A DNA stretch of 62,981 nucleotides, filler included, from Rhabdomonas costata (GCA_019059605.1; 46 parts of 46 records of this genome joined end to end with filler, not necessarily neighbours in it); one strand, 5' to 3'; numbered from the whole stretch's first letter, positions 1 through 11,757 are shown. A program made the numbers and translations. Notes: a model not told the origin generated them from the sequence alone.

Positions 1-540
1 GTTGAGTGGAAAATACATCTGATTGCATTGTGAGGAAGCAAATATTTGAAGGGTGCTGGAGTCATGCGGGCAGAAGTTTTTGAAGGGTTGTCCTTTTTCC
101 AACAACAGATACTTTGCGCAGCTTGTGAAGCCTCTGTTGCAGAAGCATGACCTGGAAAGCAGCAGGGTGGCCACAGAATACAAGGTGCCCATATTCGGTG
201 TGTGAGCCGCTTCCCGGTCCGTCCCTGTTCTTCTTGAATTTCGCAAGGTTTTTGTTTAAGCTTGGCAGCGGTGACATGACGAATTCTGAGCATCAGAATC
301 GTTGCATAGTATGTTTCTCGGTGTGCAATTCATTGTGTTTGTGTTGAAGTTGTTCACCAACCCAGGCAACTCCAATAACGATGATTTATGATGTTGTGCG
401 GATTTGGACGTTTGCATTTCCTTTTGGATGCTCTATTGTCGAAAATTTCCGGCTTCGCGCCATTCGAATAGTAGTTTTGTTCGTGTTCAGCGCTGATGTA
501 CTCCTCATATGGTAAGCTGAATTGATCTTCGCCTTCGCAG

Positions 541-1272
541 GGACGGATTCCGAGGAGTGGGGTGTGCTAGCAGAGTGGATGCATGACAACGAGCTGTACA
601 GCACGAATAACCGGTGGGTGATCCAGATCCCCCGCATCCTCCACACCCGCGCCATCCCGGGCTTCTACAAGTGCGCCACCCTGCAGGAGCAGCTGGACAA
701 TATCTTTCTCCCTATGTGGCAGGTAGGGCTGACGTGAGGGCTAAGCCAGCGCAGGCAAGGGTCGTTGGTATACAGCAGAAACGAAATGAATCGTTGTTTT
801 TACTCCGTTGAGTTTTCTTAATGGGCACTGCATTCCTATTTTCCCCTAAAGGCCTCCGTTTATCCCGAGAAGTTCCCGCAGCTGGACACGTTCTTGGCCA
901 ACATCGTTGCCTTCACAGTGATCAGCGACGAGGCGTGTGTTTGTGTTTGCTGGTGTGAGTGAACCCGATTATCCAGAAATGCAAAACAGCTGAACTGCAC
1001 CGTCATTTCTCTGACGGTAGTACCGTTCCGCAGATGCACTGACTGGCCACCTCTTGTTTATACGCTATATATGCACTCTGCTCCTGAGATCCGACACTAC
1101 CTCATTTGACCAGCCCTGAGGTTATTCTGTTCGTTATGGTACATGGTACGGAAGGAAGACCTTTGGTTTTCTTTCTGGTGTGGGCTCGTCTTTTTCGTTC
1201 AGGTCACCAAAGGGCAAATCTTGCCAGAGTTTCAGCCTCCTCTGGAGTGGCCGTGGCACAGGAACCCACCAC
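541..1272 (+). CDS. AMP deaminase-like protein, internal exons 541-722, 852-932 and 1203-1272 (partial)
   Basis: The spliced translation is ...SEEWGVLAEWMHDNELYSTNNRWVIQIPR...LDNIFLPMWQ|ASVYPEKFPQLDTFLANIVAFTVISDE|VTKGQILPEFQPPLEWPWHRNPP. It matches the AMPD motifs W-x2-LA-x-W, RWxIQIPR, NIFxP and PxxW-x3-NPP. Splice phases are compatible (GT-AG 723-851, GC-AG 933-1202). Confidence 0.85.
737..778 (+). repeat. Dispersed repeat family A (about 45 bp), diverged copy inside an AMPD intron
   Basis: AGGGCTAAGCCAGCGCAGGCAAGGGTCGTTGGTATACAGCAG aligns with the copies at 5298, 10716 and 22114. Confidence 0.65.
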
Positions 1273-1372
1273 NNNNNNNNNNNNNNNNNNNNNNNNNNNN
1301 NNNNNNNNNNNNNNNNTTAATTAATTAANNNNNNNNNNNNNNNNNNNNNNNNNNNNNNNNNNNNNNNNNNNN
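1273..1372. other. Artificial contig linker (N44-TTAATTAATTAA-N44), the first of 45 identical linkers
   Basis: The same 100-bp spacer with stops in all six frames recurs about every 1.37 kb, up to 61612-61711. Confidence 0.99.
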
Positions 1373-3048
1373 GTGTGGAGTGCTGGTTTGTATAGTCTGC
1401 ACGGTCCTTGACTTGTCGGCTCCTACAAGTGGCTGCTGCAACCAGAACTCCTTAGTTTATTTCATTGTTTCCGCGCAAACTCAAAGTGCAAAATGCCTTT
1501 GTTTTAGTTACGGTTACGGACCGTGGTCGAACGAACGAACGTCCCTGCCAACCCGGTGGGCGGTCTGGGGCCGCGCCCTGGCATGCAGAGGACAGTGTCC
1601 GTGAAATTCCGCCGCCGTAACCAACCAATACCCACCTAACTACTAACCACCAAATGCCAATTTCCCGCTATACCCTTCATTAAATGCGGATAAAGCCACG
1701 GTTTTCCACTACGCTACACGCCTAATGCAATCAAGGTTGCCGGCGTTGTTTGCCAAGTTTGACCAATAGTATGGACTTGATTAAACTTAATGGGAAAGCG
1801 GTGTTTTTTGTACATTGCCCCGCCACCCTTGTATTCAAAGCATTTTGCATGGACAGGTTTTGCCGTGAGCCCAAAGCGACACGTTTTCCTGGAAGGCGGA
1901 CCATTGTCTTTTCTAGCTTGGTTTGCGTAACCTTTTTGAAAAACATGCGGGGCGCACGTTGCCCTTATTGGCTCGCAATCTTGTGGAGATAAGCGTTTAC
2001 AACGCGATGAACACGCGAGCGTTGCACGAGAAGCAACGGCAGTTAGCACAGAAAAATCTACCCATTCATTCCCGCTTGCCCTTTGCCGTAATGGCATCGG
2101 TTTCATATGACCCGGTGGTGGCTTTCCACCAACAAAACATCCACCCGAAACCTTTGGCCTACAAAGGGTGATCTTTCCGAAATACCGCTAAAACACCCTG
2201 GCCTTCAAGGTGTTCATCCAATTATCAGAAACCACTACATAAAGGGAAAGCGGTTAGTTTAAAAGAGGTGCGTTCCGGTGCTTCGCCGTCTTTTTCCGCC
2301 ACGCGCACAACAAGCCGTGTTCCACAACATGCCGCGTCGTTTCTGGCGCCTTTTGTTGGGCATTATCCGCCGCTATTGGAAATGTTAAACCATCCCTAAA
2401 GATCGTGTTATGCGACAAATCTGGGGATGCCCATGGGGCGGTGGATTTTTGCAACATGAACACCTCTTTCCAGTTACGGTCGATGATCGACGGGACCATC
2501 GAGGCTGTCAATGATGTTTGTGACCTCTTCTCAAAGCTGGACTTTGGTATGAAGGAATTATATGCGTTGAGGAAGGAGACGTCCCCTTAAAAGCCGAGGA
2601 TCGTCACCCAACCCACCCGTGCTTCCGGCTCAGCACCCCCAACANNNNNNNNNNNNNNNNNNNNNNNNNNNNNNNNNNNNNNNNNNNNTTAATTAATTAA
2701 NNNNNNNNNNNNNNNNNNNNNNNNNNNNNNNNNNNNNNNNNNNNGGGTTTTTTTTTTGGGGGGGGGTCTCCTGGAGTCTTCACAAGCCAGCAAGAGAAGG
2801 TCATGGTTCAAGAAGCAATTTCAGGGGGAACGACTGTGCCTTAGGGTCAAAAAGAGCCCTCGGGCAAGGAGTGCCAGAAAGTTTGTAATTGTTTGTCATT
2901 TTTTACTATGAAGATTCTTTTTAAATTGAGTTGTGTCAACAATCGATATTTCGCCTCCCCCAGAGAATCGGATGTTGATTCCCCTTGGGGTTAATGAGAA
3001 AATGACAAAAATAACTAAAGTTGCAAGTCCTTCACGTGTGGACATCAG

Positions 3049-3958
3049 GTTAACCTCATGGCACGAGCTCAAGCACATTGATGACGAGGACGACACAGGC
3101 CACACTGCCTTCACCCTCGCCTGTGCTCTTGGGAAGAGCGAGGCGATGCAGGCTCTGCTTGAACTTGGTTTGTCTGTTTGCAGCCAGTCAGTTTCGCGCC
3201 TTGTACAAGTTTCCTGGCGCGTTTTCACCCCATTGTAAAGAGCACCCGAAGTCTAAACTTTCGATTTAAATTTCAAGATTCCAGGAAAACAAAGAGACCT
3301 TCGATCTCTTTGTTTCTCCGTGCTCCTCTGATGCCAATCAAAAAAGCTTTAATTTTTTTTGACAACGCGGCGTTTCTATTCGATCGCTGAAATGCGCGAT
3401 TTATGACCCGGTTGTGCAACTCTCACTTTTCTGTGTACTTGTTTTAGGGCACCACTGGTTAGGGAACGGTAAGGTAAAGCTTTCGCCACTTTCTGCAGTG
3501 TTCAAATTACGGTGTATACAGCGGAAAGAACGAGGAGAATACGGTAGAGTAGAGTGCTTGGAACGCGAATCCAACGGTGTCAAACACCATTTAGCGAAGG
3601 CATTACCGAAGGCAAACATAAACGGGGAACATCTTGGGCAACTGTCATCATCATCGACGAAAGAAACGGTGAAAGCTGTTTGAGCTGCTTAGATGTGGAA
3701 TCCAACAAAGAAAAAAAAGAGGAAGAGTTCTGGGAACATAGCGTCGAGCTTGTCACGGAGCTCTTCTCGCGTTTCGTAGGGGCGGACGTGGACCACCCTA
3801 TGCCCCTACCCCCCTCCATGCTGCCCTCTGGGGCGGCAGCGGTGGCTCACGACGGCGTTGACCTGCCCCGACTACCTGCCCTCCATTGGGCCTGCCACAG
3901 TGGTGACACGGGCACCATGGAAATGCTCCTGCGCTTCCACGCCGATCCCTTCGGAGAG
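3049..3958 (+). CDS. Ankyrin-repeat protein, exons 3049-3167 and 3780-3958 (partial)
   Basis: DDTGHTAFTLACALGKSEAMQALLEL|GADVDHP...PALHWACHSGDTGTMEMLLRFHADP. A phase-1 GT-AG intron restores the ankyrin LLELGADVD motif. Confidence 0.85.
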
Positions 3959-4121
3959 GTGCCGAGCGGACTCTCTTTCCTTCTCGCCCCCCCCCCTCCC
4001 CTTCTTCCAAAACACANNNNNNNNNNNNNNNNNNNNNNNNNNNNNNNNNNNNNNNNNNNNTTAATTAATTAANNNNNNNNNNNNNNNNNNNNNNNNNNNN
4101 NNNNNNNNNNNNNNNNGTGTT

Positions 4122-4311
4122 GTGGTTGTCAAATGAGTTCATTTCAGTTAGGTGGTGTGTATTAGTACGAAAGGGAAAGGCAACAGAATTGTTCACAGTT
4201 TGCTGTAAATTACTGCCCTCTCCTTTCGTACAAACTGTGAACAATTCTGTTGCCTTTTCCTTTCGTACTAATACACACCACCTAACTGAAATGAACTCAT
4301 TTGACAACCAC
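4122..4311. repeat. Fold-back inverted repeat at a contig start (81-bp arms 4122-4202 and 4231-4311, 1 mismatch)
   Basis: Direct reverse-complement match; the left arm begins within a few bases of the linker. Confidence 0.95.
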
Positions 4312-5297
4312 GACAACCACGGTCGGGTCAAAACAAAAAAGCACGGTTTTCCTTCAGACTTTGGCTGCGAGCTTGAGTGTGCATTATGTCGTTCACAATG
4401 ACTAGCTGTGATCCCGGAAAAACTTGCGTTTTTTACACGATGAAAAAAGCCAAACACTTTTGCAAAATTCAGCCAGAGGTCTCCATAAATCTTGGGAACA
4501 ACAGGAAAAGGAAAGTAAGGGGCACACCCCAGGGATGTGAAGGCTGCGGTTACGGTTGCTCTTGAGCTCCCAGCATCCCTCAGATCGGAAAGCACCACGT
4601 GCAGCACCTCGTCGATGGCATCCCTGAGCTCTGCGAATTCGCCCGAGGGAGCCCCACAGTCAGTGGGGCAGGCCTTGCCCAGGCACTGCAGTTTCGTATA
4701 TGCCTGAGCGCAGACAAAAAAAGAATAACAAAAGTAGAGGAGTGACGTGACGAAGACAAAGGGCAGAGTGACGTCAACGGCGGTGGGTAAAAGAAAAAAG
4801 CCCCCATGATCACCAATTTCTCTGCTGTGTCATTGGGTGTCATAGAAGTGGCGGTCCTCCTCCAGAAAAAATCTCGTCGAACGAAGAGAGCAAGGAAATG
4901 GGAGGAAAGGAGTTGAAGAAGAGACAACGCAACCATATTTCTCAACGAAGTGGTTGAAGCACACGAAAATGTGTTGAGTACCACTTGTGATGTTTGCCTG
5001 TGGCTCATAAAAGGAGTTCATGCTTGCGAGGCTTCAGGATGCAGCGCACAACACCCGCAATAACCTGAAGTTTTCTTTCATCTGACTGTCTTAAAGCCTC
5101 CAGAAGGGTAGCCATTGAATCATTAATAGCAAGAATCTATGAAGTCATGAGACACACACGCAGGACAAACCGCGTTTCGTCAAAGGCAAATAATTTTTGA
5201 TCTGGAATAACTGGGACTGGGCTCACAATAGTGACTTTTCCGTGCCCCGATAGAGGCCAAGCTGCCTTCAAAAAAATCAAATGATTAAAAATGTAAG

Positions 5298-5342
5298 AGG
5301 GCTAAGCCGAAGCAGGCCTGGGGTCTTTTGTATGTCCAGCAG
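5298..5342 (+). repeat. Dispersed repeat family A copy
   Basis: AGGGCTAAGCCGAAGCAGGCCTGGGGTCTTTTGTATGTCCAGCAG; the core is identical to the copy at 10716. Confidence 0.9.
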
Positions 5343-5564
5343 TCCTCCGGAAACGCTGTGTGGCCGGTCAGGGATGCGACTAACCACANNNNNNNNNNNN
5401 NNNNNNNNNNNNNNNNNNNNNNNNNNNNNNNNTTAATTAATTAANNNNNNNNNNNNNNNNNNNNNNNNNNNNNNNNNNNNNNNNNNNNTGCTGTGCCTGT
5501 GGTTGTTGCAAAAGGTCGTCGAATTCATGTGAAAGTCGATGACGCACGGGTGTACGTGGCCCAT

Positions 5565-5802
5565 CTACATTGCAGCCGTCACGGCGATGATTTTGTGGGA
5601 GATGCTGTGTCCCTGTACACCTGCATGAACGCAAAATACTCTTCAAAATACCCAAAAAGAAACTACCTGTGAGAACTTGGGCGAGAAATCCAGGAATATC
5701 AGACTTTGATGGTTTAAACTTGAGCAAATTTTGCAAAAGTTCTTCAAAAATGTCACAAACACAATTCTCTTCCAAATACTGTCGATCTTCAACCGTGCAC
5801 AT
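5565..5802 (-). CDS. Small (about 63 aa) protein with an RIIa/Dpy-30-like dimerisation-docking motif; exons 5802-5667 and 5620-5565
   Basis: MCTVEDRQYLEENCVCDIFEELLQNLLKFKPSKSDIPGFLAQVLT fits the YL-x6-F-x2-LL-x2-LL-x2-KP-x-D-x3-FL pattern. A 46-nt phase-1 GT-AG intron leads to GVQGHSISHKIIAVTAAM*. Confidence 0.6.
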
Positions 5803-6515
5803 ACTTCAGTACTTCGTACTTCGTATATCTCACTTTTCCCTTCACTTTTTTGACATTTTTTTTAAAAAAAATTCTTGTACCCAAACACAAGAAAGATGAA
5901 AGGTGACACTATTTGTCCGCACAGGTTGTTCAGGGTCCGGGCAATAGGCAATACAACAATAACTTGCACAGGCAACGAAGGAAAAGCGTTTGGTGGAGAA
6001 TGGGTGAATGCAAGTGGTAATGAAGAAAATAGAGAGAGAAAACGGAGAACACGCGCCGTGGATGTGGTGTGATTCCAAAAGGCAAAGAAACAACCCCTGC
6101 TCTCCCCGGACGGCCAACTCCAGAGTGACCCCGGCGCGCTGGCACGAGTCAGAGTGTTGCTCTGACTTGTCCCATGGTGCCACCGCATCTCTGAGAGCGG
6201 GCTTTCGCGACCAGCTGGCTCCAGGTCCGCAGGAGCGCGCTCGGGGCACGAAAGAGGGGGATTTCCTGATTGGAGAAGTTCACGCAGAAAAACAGAGGAG
6301 TCCGCAAGTTGGAGCTGTGGATGACGGGCTGCGTCAAGCAGACCAGGGGCACGGGCTACAAGAGGGAACGGTATGGGAAGTGCTGACGAAAAGACGAAAA
6401 GAGAGAAAGCGTGCAAAAAAAAAAGCCAGGCGAAAGGAGAGAGAGAGAGAGCACAAAGAAGAGGAAGCGACAAGGAAAAGTAAATGATGCTTCGGGATGA
6501 GTTCCTCCTCTTCAC

Positions 6516-6576
6516 AAGCCATCCCCCAAAATACGTCGTTATTTCGCCCTTCTTGATGTCGCCGGTTTTGCAAACT
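6516..6576 (-). CDS. Possible SET-domain N-terminal exon
   Basis: After a pyrimidine tract and CAG acceptor the frame reads VCKTGDIKKGEITTYFGGWL, similar to the SET 'DIKKGExIxEYxG' motif. The downstream boundary is uncertain. Confidence 0.35.
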
Positions 6577-7977
6577 CTGCGAGTGGAGATAAGGACCGCC
6601 TCGGGTGGTCCTTTCCTTCTTGAATGACTGCTTTTGGGCTCTCTTGTCCCAGTTCGCAGGGGGTGTGACCGAGTTTTCAAATAGTGAAAAAGAAGCCCCC
6701 AGTTGAAAATAGTCCTGATCCGAAGTCAAGTCAGACCGATTAATTCTAGAACCGAAAAAANNNNNNNNNNNNNNNNNNNNNNNNNNNNNNNNNNNNNNNN
6801 NNNNTTAATTAATTAANNNNNNNNNNNNNNNNNNNNNNNNNNNNNNNNNNNNNNNNNNNNTGGACAAGGCCTGCCCTTTTGCTCGCTGTGTTGCTTGTGT
6901 CGATCTTCGAGGTTTGGCGATGCCTTGGTTGATGTGAAGTGCTCTCCAGACATGCGCACATATCAGACACAGTCATGACATAATTCAGGGTTGGATTCGA
7001 TTCGGCTGGTTGGTCAAGTGCGGGTTCTAGCGTTAGTTTGTGGTCCCACCCTGAACACGCAGCGCGAATCGACGATAAACCGACAGGGATCAAGATCTAA
7101 ATCTTTGCCAGGCCTCAGCAACTGGACAAATTTGTGTTTTTCCATTTCCAAGACTTGTCTGATTAAGTTTGCACTTCGAGGGGAAGTTGCAATATGATTC
7201 CGTCTGTTTAGGACTTACCTCTCATGTGGCACTCTGATGAGAAAATGGGGAAATGGATGCACTATCATCGAAAGAAGTTTCCGTTGTAGGCTTCGCGGGA
7301 CCAATGCGGTTTCTTTCCCTGGCACACACACAAGAATGGTACAAGAATGGTACACGCCGAATGTTTACTCGAGGCTTGCCGAAGCGCACATCGCAGAAGC
7401 TACGTTTTCGTGAACAAATGCCTGTGTGATTTTAAATACTCATTATCACGGATTTTCCACGCACCTCCTTTCATTGAGTTGAAGTCACAAAAAGGAATCC
7501 TCCGCTCTTGCTCTGCTGTTGTGGGTGTGGGTTGCCCTTTGTTCAGCTCTGTTGCGCGGTTGCGCAGACCATCGCAGTTTTCTTGTGTGTATCGCTTTTG
7601 TGGGAAGACTACCAAACATGTCGTCAGAGATTTTGGGAGAATATGAACGCCAGTGTGCTTCTCTCAAGGCATCTTGCATTGTGCGCTCGTATAAATTGGG
7701 TATTCCCATATACTTCAAATAAGGTTAACTGTGCACGTAGACGGCGGTTTAGGTCGCAAATTAATGCTTGCTTTGCGGCATGAGTGAGGAGCACCACAGA
7801 TCGGTGCGAGAAAATGGCTTTTTCTTGGTAATCGTCGGCAGTGCTTACGACATCTTGAGTGGCATATGTCCGCGTTCCGGTTGTGTTAAACCGAACCCTA
7901 CATTGCTTCAGAGGTGACCCCACAGCCCTTGCGGTGCTTCATTCGCTCGAGTGGCTCGATCGCCCGTCTTTACTCAG

Positions 7978-8065
7978 GTGAAGCCAAGCCCCGCGGTGGG
8001 CGAGTTGCTTCGCGGGGAACGAGTGGCCGAGCTGGACCTCAGCCCTCTTTACCTGGGGGTCAAAG
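7978..8065 (+). CDS. RNI-like leucine-rich-repeat protein exon
   Basis: An AG/GT-bounded exon encodes VKPSPAVGELLRGERVAELDLSPLYLGVK(G), an LDLSxxYLGxKG LRR start. Confidence 0.65.
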
Positions 8066-8416
8066 GTAGGGGGAAATAACCCCCCCCAAAAAAAAAGCAA
8101 GCATTTCCCTCGAAGTCTTTGAACCCCACACANNNNNNNNNNNNNNNNNNNNNNNNNNNNNNNNNNNNNNNNNNNNTTAATTAATTAANNNNNNNNNNNN
8201 NNNNNNNNNNNNNNNNNNNNNNNNNNNNNNNNGTTTGTGGGGACGGCTCCCATCGGTTGTCATGGCACTGGGTTCGTTTCACGTTGACGCAAACCAGATG
8301 GTTGTGCTTGCTTAGAATTTTTAGAACTGCAGATATTATGAACAACATCTGAATTATGCGATTTGACGTGATTCAGCGCACAAAAGCTCTCCAACTAGGA
8401 AAACACAATATACGCG

Positions 8417-8518
8417 ATGGCGGAAATGTCTGACGCCGAGGTTGCCCCTGTTGCCGTTGCCCCGGCGGATGAAGATGTCCCGCAGAACCTCATGGATGCA
8501 CTGAAAAATGTGCTGAAG
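8417..8518 (+). CDS. RPS12: 40S ribosomal protein S12e (eS12), first exon
   Basis: MAEMSDAEVAPVAVAPADEDVPQNLMDALKNVLK is followed by a GT donor. The acidic, Ala-rich N-terminus plus xxALxxVLK is typical of eS12. Confidence 0.8.
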
Positions 8519-10436
8519 GTTCAGTATTGTAATAACGTAATCATTGCCATGTTCACAACGTGTTGCTTGCAGATGACGTTTGTTTGCTTAGAGCGAGTTC
8601 TTTTGATTTTTTTTAATTTTTTGACGACACTTTTAAAATAGGCATCGGAACAGCGCGATACAAAGACGATGCAACCTGGTGTTTTTTTGGTTTTCTCTTC
8701 GCAGTTTACGTTTCGGGTTTAGGGTTAAATGCCAACAGGTGATAAACACTGCAGTCTAGACAACTTCAACCAACTACGAGCATTTTTTCTGAACAAAGTC
8801 ACAGCACTGCACCACAAATTCTTGTAGGGGTTACTGAGAGGTTCATTGAGGGTTCTTTTTTTCGTTCCCCGTGCATGCCACGGTGGACGCTTGGGGTTGC
8901 CGGGCTTCCCATCCTCTCGCCGGGATGGTGTTTTCAACCCAAGCGAGAAAGAAGCCGAATTTTCGCTTTTCTGCAAATGCAACCATCAAAACAGAAACAG
9001 AAAAGCACACCAAATCACCACCAGAGGTCAACGATAGAACAGATTGCGGTGACAATTCCGTTGGATAATTGCACGAGTATCTGTCAAAATTCTATGTTCA
9101 ATGTGGTCATTCCGTCGCACAAAAGGGAAAATCGTGGCAGTTCTTTGGCGCCACTTTCTAAACCATTCAAGTCGAAACAGAGTGCGGGTGTTGCATTTAT
9201 CGCTGTTTTGACATAAATAATGACGATGGTTCGGAGGACTCAAAATATGACGGTTGGGGAAAGGCGATAGTGTCGGTTCTGTTTGCGGGCGTGGTGTAAA
9301 GATGGGGAACGATCTCCACAAGGAGGACGAAGGCTGTTGCCGTGCAATCCAAGCCCTCTCCCCACGAACCGCTACGCCCAACTGGGCGTGTGAAGATCGA
9401 AAAGTTTCCTGGCAATTACAGAAATGCAAAAGAAAAAATGGACCTCTGGACAATGTTGAAACACAGACGAAATGCAAAACTGACTATACGCATGGTACTA
9501 CCNNNNNNNNNNNNNNNNNNNNNNNNNNNNNNNNNNNNNNNNNNNNTTAATTAATTAANNNNNNNNNNNNNNNNNNNNNNNNNNNNNNNNNNNNNNNNNN
9601 NNGTTGGTTTTGACTGACCTCTGCCAGTATAACGTCAATCAAGACAGAAGCAAAATACAGCCTTCATCACTAACTTTTTTTTTCACACAACGCAGTTGTT
9701 TTTACACAGTGCAACAGAACGGGAGAGAAGCAGCCGAAGCAAACTAACGGCAGGTAACGGATCTGCCGTTGCTCACATAACTTATAGTTAATTTATTGTG
9801 GGTGCTTTGGAAAAACATCGTTTAGAACAAAGTTGAGAAGATTTTACGAGCAAACTGTGGATGTTAAGGGTGAGGGTGCCCGGTTTAGGGTTCGCGCTTC
9901 TCATCGAGCGGCCTTCATTCATTCGATGCTAAACAAAAACTTCCACAACTAACAGTCGACCTTGTCGCAATTATTGGCAAGTTTGTCCGTTTGTCAAGTT
10001 GAAAGACAAACGGAGCTTTGGGGAAATTTGTGCATTGTAAATCAGAATCAGAATCAGGGCCAACCACAGCACACCACACGCCTGTCAACAAAGGAAGGAC
10101 TGGTGCTCGACACAAAAGGGTCTGAGTTTGATTCCTGCTATTGTGCAAACTCCCGCACTTCAGCAAGCGCTAAGCTATACTCTGCTGGGAGAGTGGAAGG
10201 GTTTTAAACAGAACTTACATGTTGTTACAATCATCACCATTCCTCGTATTCTTTTCTTAAAACCATTCATCCAGTGTTGCATTGCCTACCCCAGGTTCTG
10301 AGACTTTATACTTGTCACACTTCCCCATACCGATCCATTGCATAATTGTTAGTCTCTCCTCTCTCTCTCTCTGTCTCGCAAAAGTGAGGGGTGGGAGCCG
10401 GGGATGCCGAAAATAGTGGGAGCGCTTCGCAACAAC

Positions 10437-10511
10437 CTGGGAATCTCGAGCGGAGGTGGCGAGTTGCGTCTCTTCGGTGCGGGCCTTAGTGGCCAGCTTC
10501 TTCCACCGACT
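10437..10511 (-). CDS. Probable internal exon of an unknown helical protein
   Basis: Phase-0 exon SRWKKLATKARTEETQLATSARDSQ, bounded by CAG and GT, with GC3-rich codons. Confidence 0.4.
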
Positions 10512-10715
10512 CTGAGAGATACGCAAAGCAGGGGCCCGTAGGACCTCTCCTCAAGTCTACACCCTGTCCAGCTGAACCCCCAAAAAGCTCAACCACATAT
10601 CTCTTCACACATTGCTGTGGATACATGGTGTTATTGACGTTGGGGGCAGGGGAGTGGTTACGGTCCCCACTGGAAACGGTCGCAAGTGGTAACGACTTCT
10701 GTAACAAAGGCACCC

Positions 10716-10761
10716 AGGCTAAGCCGAAGCAGGCCTGGGGTCTTTTGTATATACACCCAGG
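10716..10761 (+). repeat. Dispersed repeat family A copy
   Basis: AGGCTAAGCCGAAGCAGGCCTGGGGTCTTTTGTATATACACCCAGG. Confidence 0.9.
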
Positions 10762-10969
10762 GCACTTCTTTTTTTGCCTGAACATGAGTCCTAAGTCCGG
10801 CAGGGCACCGAAGAACATGGAGAATGAAATAAAGAAATGAAAGAATAGGGGGGACCGTAACCACAACCCNNNNNNNNNNNNNNNNNNNNNNNNNNNNNNN
10901 NNNNNNNNNNNNNTTAATTAATTAANNNNNNNNNNNNNNNNNNNNNNNNNNNNNNNNNNNNNNNNNNNN

Positions 10970-11428
10970 GAAACTTGGACAACATGAAGGTGCTGCGCTT
11001 TTTTGTGAGTCGTGGAGCCCAAACTTGGAACCAGGGAAACGGGAGCCCGGAGGTGGTTGGAGAGGATCGCGAGCCTTCTCCAGGGAATTGTCCCAACACC
11101 AGTGACCCATCTCCCTTCCCCCTGGCATCTCCATTTCCCTCCGCCTGCACACGCATACCACAAAGATGACGATTCGGACGACTCGATTCATCTGGAGGTG
11201 TGTATAGTCTGTCCAGTGTGCATGATGGCTGCAGTCACTTTCTGTCTTTCTATCGAACGACCGCAAGAAAACGTTCGGACTTTTGGACCTTCGGTCTTAT
11301 CTTGCAGATGTACGTGCCTCTGCCTTTACTTTTTCTGGGGGTGTCTCAGATCCGGGGGACCGAGGAGGTCACAAAGTTCCGCATCGAGACAGACGTGGCC
11401 GAGAACGAGCGGAGAATCACGGAGGAAG
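10970..11428 (+). CDS. DRC1: Dynein regulatory complex subunit 1 (CCDC164)-like, exons 10970-10989 and 11350-11428
   Basis: Spliced NLDNMK|IRGTEEVTKFRIETDVAENERRITEE resembles, from recall, the DRC1 N-terminal GTExVTNxxVxxDxRExxRRxxEE segment. Confidence 0.6.
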
Positions 11429-11757
11429 GTCAGCGAGAAAACAGGTACTCTGCGTCCCTTTGCACCCCCCCCCCCCCACCGGAAATCACAGGGATACAAG
11501 GGTGAGGTTTGAGAGTACCGTATCCTTCTGGGAGGCCCTTTTGCCACCGTTTGCTTTCCCCTCTTCCCTTGCTCGCTCCTCATACAAGGCTGCAGAAGAA
11601 GACAGGGAGGAAGTAGAACTAGGACGTGAAAGGAATGGGGGCACGCAAGAAAAGATGAGGAGAATGAGAGAAGGTGTGTGGTGTGGTGAGGTGAGGTGAG
11701 GGAGAAGGGAGAAAAGCGAGCAGTACAAAAAACATGCACACACACACACACACGGGC

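Noticed and set aside
1317..1328. Regularly spaced TTAATTAATTAA repeat (CRISPR-like or regulatory periodicity)
   Set aside because: It is the artificial six-frame-stop linker embedded in N runs. ORFs ending in X...LIN are artefacts of it.
4584..4700. Exon-like IGKHHVQHLVDGIPELCEFARG with a possible euglenid non-conventional intron boundary
   Set aside because: There is no homology or downstream exon to fix the junction, so it cannot be supported without transcripts.
8519..9502. snoRNA or telobox in the RPS12 intron (ATGACGA...CTGA; TTTAGGGTT at about 8718)
   Set aside because: The boxes are too far apart and lack a terminal stem. Single telomere-like words are expected by chance.
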